Below are positions 57,848-64,000 of a stretch of DNA of 64,000 nt, one piece after another. The stretch covers positions 310,001-374,000 of the forward strand of contig CAWKCK010000003.1 of assembly GCA_963848135.1 (NCBI GenBank), written 5' to 3'. A program made the position numbers and the translations under genes. The DNA comes from an uncultured delta proteobacterium (GTDB taxonomy: Bacteria; Desulfobacterota; Desulfobacteria; Desulfobacterales; SG8-13). Position 1 is the first letter of the stretch; each line of letters opens with the position of its first letter. Under the pieces are notes generated by a model, which saw nothing but the letters and a program-made list of their open reading frames with translations, was not told the origin of the DNA and did no database searches.

Positions 57848-58030
57848 GTGTCTGTCCATTTAATCGCCAGAGACCTATACCGTCTCATCGGTAGGGCCGA
57901 AAAACTAAATAGAGAAATTCAAAGCGCTTCACCGGCCCATCGGGAAGAGCTGCTGGAACAACTCCGTAAAGTTAAAGCTGAGCGCGATCATTTGCGCCGG
58001 GCCTTGGACGGCAGTAAGGACAGAACATAA
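57848..58030 (+). CDS. Small coiled-coil hypothetical protein (60 aa)
   Basis: Amphipathic helical hairpin pattern; ends 35 nt before the ADH gene. Confidence 0.6.
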   Translation: MSVHLIARDLYRLIGRAEKLNREIQSASPAHREELLEQLRKVKAERDHLRRALDGSKDRT

Positions 58031-58065
58031 CAGTTACTGAAGATTAAACAAGAAAGGATGCCATA

Positions 58066-59253
58066 ATGAACTTTAAGCCGTCATTCAGCTTTGAGCTTCC
58101 CACCAGAATCGAATACGGAGTCGGTGCGGTTGAGAAACTCGCCGAGGAACTTGTATTACGCAAGGTAAAGAACGTCATGCTGGTAACCGATGTTCGTCTC
58201 GCTTCATCGGGCCTGTTGTCCCGTTTTACAACCCATCTGGGCTCAAGGAGGATCAGCTATGATGTTTTTACCAGGGTTGAAGCCAATCCTAAGGATTACA
58301 ATGTTGAGGAAGGCGCTCGTAAAGCGGCCTATTTAAAGCCTGACTGTCTGGTAGCTATCGGTGGGGGCAGTCCGATTGATTGTGCCAAAGCCATCAGTGT
58401 TGTGGCACCCGGTGGCGGTCAGGCGCGGGACTACGAGGGTAAAGGTAAAATTACGGAAGATGTTCTGCCGCTGATCGCCATCCCCACGACGGCCGGCAGC
58501 GGTAGCGAAGTAACTTTCAGCGCCGTGATTACCGACAGCCGGCAACACATTAAATTTAGCCTTAAAGACCCTAAAATAGCTCCCCGGATCGCCATTGTGG
58601 ATCCTGAATTGACAAAGAGTATGCCGCCGGCACTCACGGCCGCTACCGGAATGGACGCGCTTACCCATGCAATCGAAGCCTACACTGCCAAGGCCGCCGA
58701 ACCCATTGCTGATGCCGCTGCTCTGTATGCAGTGGAACTGATTTTCCCTCACCTCAAATCCGCTGTAACGGACGGTGGGAACCTCGAGTCTCGATCAGCG
58801 ATGATGCTGGGAAGTGTTCTGGCCGCCATTGCTTTCAGTCATTCCGACGTGGCCGCCGTGCATTGTATCGCAGAAGCGCTTGGCGGCAAGTACGACCTGC
58901 CCCATGGTGTGTGCAATGCGGTCGTCCTCCCGGCAATCATGGAGTACAATCTGGAGTTCTGCACCGCAAAATATGCGCGACTCGCCCGAGCAATGGGCTT
59001 AAGCTACAGAAATATCCACAGTGGCGCTGAAAAAGCCGTTGCAGCGGTAAAGAAGCTGGCATCTGATATTAATTTGCCCGAATTCAACACACTCGGCGTC
59101 AATGAAGCAGATTTTGATGAACTGGCTTATAACAGTGCCGCCAATGGCAGCAATTCGGATAATCCCCGATCAATGGACAGGAAAGATTATCTGCAAATTT
59201 TCAAAATCCTTAGCGAATCGGCCGGATCAGCCACCGAGAAAAAGGGATCCTGA
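58066..59253 (+). CDS. Iron-containing alcohol dehydrogenase
   Basis: VEANP, GGGSPID, IPTTAGSGSEVT, GMDALTHAIE, HCIAE...LPHG. Confidence 0.95.
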   Translation: MNFKPSFSFELPTRIEYGVGAVEKLAEELVLRKVKNVMLVTDVRLASSGLLSRFTTHLGSRRISYDVFTRVEANPKDYNVEEGARKAAYLKPDCLVAIGGGSPIDCAKAISVVAPGGGQARDYEGKGKITEDVLPLIAIPTTAGSGSEVTFSAVITDSRQHIKFSLKDPKIAPRIAIVDPELTKSMPPALTAATGMDALTHAIEAYTAKAAEPIADAAALYAVELIFPHLKSAVTDGGNLESRSAMMLGSVLAAIAFSHSDVAAVHCIAEALGGKYDLPHGVCNAVVLPAIMEYNLEFCTAKYARLARAMGLSYRNIHSGAEKAVAAVKKLASDINLPEFNTLGVNEADFDELAYNSAANGSNSDNPRSMDRKDYLQIFKILSESAGSATEKKGS

Positions 59254-59296
59254 AATCCCGTCAGCGGACCTTCTGATAGAAGAAATTTCAATCATA

Positions 59297-60577
59297 ATGA
59301 ACATTTTTAAATTTATCAGGGGCAAGACCCCCTTGCAGCACGAAGAGAAAGGGGATCTGCATTTTGCTTCAGGGGCCTGGGGCAATGCCAAGCTTGAATA
59401 TGATACCGCCCTTAACAAACTGAAAAGGGAGCCGGCCCGCGCTAACGAACTGACGGAGCGTTTGCATGAAAAGCTGCGCAGCAGCAAAGAGGCACTATCA
59501 CGGCAGCATCTGCAGAGCGGCAATGATCTTCTCGAAGCCGGTTACCCGCAGGAAGCCCGTGAGTATTATCTTATTGGTTTGGAACTGACGGATGATGACC
59601 AATTGCGGTCACTGTTTGAAAGCGGCTTGGATAAAACAGATCCAGCGACGACAGATGACCGGAACATGACAATATTAGATGGAATATCAACTTTTGAAGA
59701 AGAGGCTGAACCGGAAAAGGTTTTCGCTGATGACGAAACGTATTTCAACGCCCTTTGCAATACGCTGCCGGATGACATTAGAAAGATCTATAAGCGTTTC
59801 GGCCAGCCGTTCAGAGACGGTTATATCGCTCTAAACCAGGGGGATTTTGAGGCGGCTGTAGAATCACTGACCCAGGCGCAGGTGGATCACCCGTCCAACG
59901 GCAGCTATGTTGCCCTCGAACTGGCAACGGCTTACGTGAACCTTGAACAAAATGACGCCGCCCGTTCATTACTGGAACCATTTCTCCGTCAACACCCGGA
60001 TGCTCTTCCGGCCTATAGCATGTTATGCGAAATATTCTGGGGAAGAGGCGATTATGCCGGCGCGGAACACCTCCTGGCCAAAATACCGGAAAGCCTTCGT
60101 GATTCTCAGGCATTCGTTCTTTTACATGGTGAAACAATTTATCGGCAGAAACGGTATTCCGAGGCCATCGCCTGGTACCGATCAGCCCTGAGTAAATATG
60201 GATGGAACGAAAATATTGCCCGAGCACTGGCTGTTTCCTTGGAATCTGCAAATCAGGTGGAACCAGCCCGAGATCTCTACGGGGAAATCATGCAGCGTTG
60301 CAGCAGTTGTGCTGCACCATCGGCTTATGCGGCTCACATCGACCCTTTCATCAGACGACGCTATGCTGAACTCAGCCTTGCCGCTGGCGACAATTCGACC
60401 AAAATTCTCGAAATTTTCCTATCCCTGGTGCGTGATGATCCGGTCAATGCGAGAATATACTACAGAAATATCAGTCGCATATATTCTCACCGTGGAAACA
60501 AAACTGAGGCCCACCGGTTTGGAACATTCGCAGACAAAATCGAAAACCGCAGCCCAGATGGCAGCAACAGCCGTTAA
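59297..60577 (+). CDS. Tetratricopeptide repeat protein
   Basis: Multiple TPR-like helix pairs (GDFEAAVESL, GDYAGAEHLL, RYSEAIAWY); CSSC motif near the C-terminus. Confidence 0.75.
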   Translation: MNIFKFIRGKTPLQHEEKGDLHFASGAWGNAKLEYDTALNKLKREPARANELTERLHEKLRSSKEALSRQHLQSGNDLLEAGYPQEAREYYLIGLELTDDDQLRSLFESGLDKTDPATTDDRNMTILDGISTFEEEAEPEKVFADDETYFNALCNTLPDDIRKIYKRFGQPFRDGYIALNQGDFEAAVESLTQAQVDHPSNGSYVALELATAYVNLEQNDAARSLLEPFLRQHPDALPAYSMLCEIFWGRGDYAGAEHLLAKIPESLRDSQAFVLLHGETIYRQKRYSEAIAWYRSALSKYGWNENIARALAVSLESANQVEPARDLYGEIMQRCSSCAAPSAYAAHIDPFIRRRYAELSLAAGDNSTKILEIFLSLVRDDPVNARIYYRNISRIYSHRGNKTEAHRFGTFADKIENRSPDGSNSR

Positions 60578-60651
60578 GGCAGGTTGTTTCCAAAATGCAC
60601 GCAATTCTAACTTTAATAACCGCAATTCTTCAGGCAAATCCATTATGGAAT

Positions 60652-62886
60652 TTAACCCGTTTCACGAGACTGATCGATGACGCCTGCCAGTTTGTCGGAC
60701 AATGTCGCCATTGTATATGGTTTCTGGATAAATCCGTGGGCTCCCTGGTTGAGGATTTCCTGGGCCGGACCGTTTAGTGAATACCCACTGCAAATAATGA
60801 CCCTGATATTGGGTCGAGATTTCAAAAGGCCCGCACAGACATCCCTGCCTCCCATGTCCGGCAGAACGATGTCAAGCAATACCAGGTCGATATCGCCACC
60901 GAAAGTTTCCGAAACGTGTAAAGCCTCTGCACCGTTTCGCGCTTCCAAAACATCATATCCGAGCTTATCCAGCATCGAGCTGGTCACGTCCATGACCATC
61001 GCTTCGTCTTCCACTACCAGTATCGTTCCGGCAGACACACGCCTCTGAGGTATGACAGGATCTGCCGCCACAGGTTTCCCTTCAACTGCCGGCATGAAAA
61101 TCTTTACAGTCGTACCCAAGCCCTCCGCTGATTCAACCGAAATCCACCCATTGTGGTTTTTTATAATTCCGTAAACCGAAGCCATCCCGAGCCCCCGTCC
61201 TTGGAACTTGGTGCTGTAAAACGGCTCGAAAATACGACCTCGTGTCTCTTCATCCATCCCTTTACCGTCATCAGTAATCGACAGAAGCCCGTAATTCCCG
61301 GCGGATAGACCCGGTTCGGCGTTGGCTTCATCCTCGGAGACAGTTCTATCTGTGCAAGTAATTAATACCCGGCCCGTTTCATCGATCGCTTCGGATGCAT
61401 TCGACAAGATTCCCGCCATAACCGTTTGCATCTGGGTAACATCGATGTCAACGCTGGTAACATCATCCGGTAATTCCGTTTCAACCAAAATGGTGGGCTT
61501 GAGTGAATGTTTGACCAGGGGGAGGGTTTCACGGACAAACTCGCTTAACCCAAGGCGGCTGATCTGGTACTTACCGCCCCGGGCGTAGGCCAAGAGTTGC
61601 CCGGTCAAGTGTGCCATACGATCAATGGAATTTTCCATTGGAGTGAAATATCGATCAAACCGTTTGTTCTCAGTGTCGTCCAGTTTTAACAGTTCTATAT
61701 TGCCTGAAATTGCCGAGAGAAGATTGTTGAACTGATGCGCAATTCCGCCGGCCAGTGTTGCAATGGCCTCCATCTTCCGGGCTTGCTCGAGCTGTCTTTC
61801 GAGCCGATGCCGCTCTTCTTCAGCCTGCTTGCGTTCGGTTATCGGAACAACCAATTCGAGAGCTGAGGTGACATTTCCTTTAGAATCCCGGATCGGGGTG
61901 GCAATGATCTGTGACCACACGACATTTCCCAGGGAATCCCGTCCCTTCTGCTCGTGCACCGCTTCTTCCTTGCCTTCCTCAAAAACCTCTCTGACACCGC
62001 ACCCGACACAAACTTCAGAACGCTGATTGTAGACTTCGAAGCAGGGTTTGCCCTCAAGGTCTCCGAACATTTTCTTTAAGACAGCATTGGCCCACAAGGT
62101 ACGATAATCCCGCGAAATGACCGCCAGTCCCGCACCAATGCTGCGGGTAATTCGATCCAGGGTATCCCGTTCAACCTTTAGGGCCTCTTCGGCCTCCTTG
62201 CGGATCTCTATTTCCTGCCGCAGTTCTTCACGCGTTTTGAGGAGATCGGCCTGTTCCCGTTTTAGGGTTTCCTTGGCGATTCTTTCCTTTTCAGCCGACG
62301 CCTGAAGTCCGTGCACCAGCACAGAAACCGATATGGCCGCACCGGCATTTAGAACCAGAAAATTGGCCCCCGCTGCAATGGCGCGTGCCTTACTGGCAAA
62401 AAATGGCAGATCGGCCGCCAGATTGCCGTTGATTGCCATCCAGCCAACAACGCCCAAAGAAATCCCGTTCACGATAACCGCCGCGAGAGCGGCTTTCAGG
62501 CCGAGCAGCAGGCCCGTGAATACAGCAACGGCAAACAGCCAGGCCGGACCACCGCTCAGAGGACCCAAGTGTACTGTCACCCAAATTCCAATCCCAAGCA
62601 TTACCAGCAGAATTCCGGTTGCCCGCAATTCATACGACCACTGGCGGGAGATGGCCAGGACGATCACGCCCAGATACATGCAGACGTCAAATAAGATCAG
62701 GCCCCACAATTTTTCAGATATGGCGAGGGCGAGGGCAGGGATAAGCGCCACAAGACCCAGGATTAGGGCCGTACCGAGCAAGGCGTGCAAAATGAGTTCG
62801 CGCCAGTAAACCAGGCCATCTTCACGGTTAACAGTGGAGGGAATGAATAGTTTTCTGAAAACAGATAGGATGGTGCTGACGATCAT
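60652..62886 (-). CDS. Membrane-bound hybrid sensor histidine kinase (TM-PAS-HisKA-HATPase-REC)
   Basis: About 6 TM, PAS, LAGGIAHQFNN H-box, DDGKGMD, FEPFYSTK, GRGLG, receiver VVEDE...LLDIVLP...QKPY. Confidence 0.95.
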   Translation of the reverse strand: MIVSTILSVFRKLFIPSTVNREDGLVYWRELILHALLGTALILGLVALIPALALAISEKLWGLILFDVCMYLGVIVLAISRQWSYELRATGILLVMLGIGIWVTVHLGPLSGGPAWLFAVAVFTGLLLGLKAALAAVIVNGISLGVVGWMAINGNLAADLPFFASKARAIAAGANFLVLNAGAAISVSVLVHGLQASAEKERIAKETLKREQADLLKTREELRQEIEIRKEAEEALKVERDTLDRITRSIGAGLAVISRDYRTLWANAVLKKMFGDLEGKPCFEVYNQRSEVCVGCGVREVFEEGKEEAVHEQKGRDSLGNVVWSQIIATPIRDSKGNVTSALELVVPITERKQAEEERHRLERQLEQARKMEAIATLAGGIAHQFNNLLSAISGNIELLKLDDTENKRFDRYFTPMENSIDRMAHLTGQLLAYARGGKYQISRLGLSEFVRETLPLVKHSLKPTILVETELPDDVTSVDIDVTQMQTVMAGILSNASEAIDETGRVLITCTDRTVSEDEANAEPGLSAGNYGLLSITDDGKGMDEETRGRIFEPFYSTKFQGRGLGMASVYGIIKNHNGWISVESAEGLGTTVKIFMPAVEGKPVAADPVIPQRRVSAGTILVVEDEAMVMDVTSSMLDKLGYDVLEARNGAEALHVSETFGGDIDLVLLDIVLPDMGGRDVCAGLLKSRPNIRVIICSGYSLNGPAQEILNQGAHGFIQKPYTMATLSDKLAGVIDQSRETG

Positions 62887-63134
62887 TGGATAACTTGTGG
62901 GTCGTGCAATTTTAATATTTCGGCAACCACCTGAACAACATTCAGCTTGGAGGCCGGATCACTTTGCCTGATTAAGTATATTCGGGTTGAATCCGACAGG
63001 TTCCTCTCGCAACATCGCGGCCATTCAATCTGACAATATAACCCGAAATCGAGCTAAAAATCAATTGATAAGTTTTGAACTTATTGACTTTTTTACTTTT
63101 TTTGCTATGATGGCCCGCAGATTGATATCAATGA

Positions 63135-63383
63135 TTACTTTCTAACCTTGCGGTAAATAAACAGGAGCAGCACAGCCCCACCGACAGCAATAACAAGACT
63201 TCGAATATCCAAGCCGGTGACTTTCCCGAAACCGACTAAGGTACCGAGCCATCCCCCGACCACAGCGCCGGCAATACCGAGAAGCGTGGTAACGAACAGA
63301 CCCCCCGGATCCTTGCCCGGCATGATCCATTTGGCTAATGCACCGACAATCAACCCCAGTACAATCCACATGATGAATCCCAT
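63135..63383 (-). CDS. GlsB/YeaQ/YmgE family stress response membrane protein
   Basis: WIVLGLIVGALAKWIMPGKDPGG...LGIAGAVVGG...AVGGAVLLL. Confidence 0.92.
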   Translation of the reverse strand: MGFIMWIVLGLIVGALAKWIMPGKDPGGLFVTTLLGIAGAVVGGWLGTLVGFGKVTGLDIRSLVIAVGGAVLLLFIYRKVRK

Positions 63384-63793
63384 AATTTTACCCCTTTGTT
63401 ATCAGATGGTTAATCGCTTAGCGCGCTGCGGAAAGAAATACGCAAATTCTAAAAATCAAATCTATTTGCCCGTCAGTTCCATGAGCATCGGCGAATACTC
63501 ATTGGGATCAGACCGATAGGAACGGAAAAAACCAACCATGCTCTCTACCCGCTCGGTAATGAATAAAAATCGAGCGTTTCCAATTCATCGGATACTACAA
63601 AGAATCAGAAGTCGTCTGAATGCTTTGACAATGCGCATCATAATACCATAATGCTACATTAGCAAACGCGAGACGTCTCATGGGTCAACTCGGTGCCTGA
63701 TCCGCACAAAAAAATGATGGCAATGGCGATCGCAGCTATTGTCGATAGCCCTTATTTACAATGATAGCAGCGTTCTTTGCCCGGGAGGAAGAA

Positions 63794-64000
63794 ATGAAAA
63801 AGTACCGTGTTCTCGCTCTTGATGGCGGAGGAATCCGCGGTCTGGTGACGACCCTTCTGCTTCAGCGTATTGTTTCCGTCCCTGGATTAGAAAACTTCCT
63901 CGAAGACATCGACCTGGTGGCCGGAACATCTTCGGGGGGACTTATTGCCCTTGGCATCGCGCATCAGGTGAATTTGGCAAAACTCCGTGATCTTTTTATC
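63794..64000 (+). CDS. Patatin-like phospholipase, 3' truncated by the window end
   Basis: GGAGG RBS; MKKYRVLALDGGGIRG...DLVAGTSSGG (oxyanion loop and GxSxG nucleophile); TTGACA-N16-CATAAT at 63625-63652. Confidence 0.88.
   Translation, partial: MKKYRVLALDGGGIRGLVTTLLLQRIVSVPGLENFLEDIDLVAGTSSGGLIALGIAHQVNLAKLRDLFI

Noticed and set aside
1..64000. tRNA, rRNA, CRISPR array, IS element or integron
   Set aside because: No cloverleaf signatures, regularly spaced direct repeats, transposase or integrase ORFs recognised by eye; tRNAscan-SE, CRISPR and IS scans would confirm.

Overview
Chromosomal segment of a bacterium that, from gene content, looks like a sulfate-reducing deltaproteobacterium (Desulfobacterales-like; this is an inference). 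I found no rRNA, tRNA, CRISPR array, transposase or integrase. Gene order: archease (5' truncated)-rtcB-phosphomannomutase; an RNA/peptide-rich intergenic region with a sigma54 promoter; a lysine-6-dehydrogenase/saccharopine dehydrogenase-like gene; an M48-like peptidase, MFS, dnaJ, queD, pyrE; a tolC-ftsE-ftsX-envC-ctpA-divergent deacetylase envelope cluster; a FIST-SpoIIE sensor phosphatase; a ~17 kb glutarate/dicarboxylate catabolic region (Mo/W-bisPGD enzyme, 2-oxoacid:ferredoxin oxidoreductase, TAXI-TRAP transporter, MFS, gctAB, IclR, non-decarboxylating glutaryl-CoA dehydrogenase, CMD-like protein, gcdA); a double-length UvrA; HD-GYP, ModF-like, GAF-GAF-GGDEF, M23 and Qor genes; a solitary TrfA-like plasmid replication-initiator homologue; orphan flgM; pspF/pspABC; an atypical kinase-like gene; a self-cleaving CI/LexA-like (S24) repressor surrounded by small ORFs missing from the ORF track and sharing a GTTT-N8-AAAC palindrome; Fe-ADH, TPR, hybrid histidine kinase, GlsB/YeaQ and the start of a patatin. 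The most novel-looking items are the S24-repressor mini-regulon (55585-57630), the sigma54/sRNA/small membrane peptide locus (3670-4290) and the orphan TrfA-like gene. All family assignments come from motifs read by eye; no database search was run.
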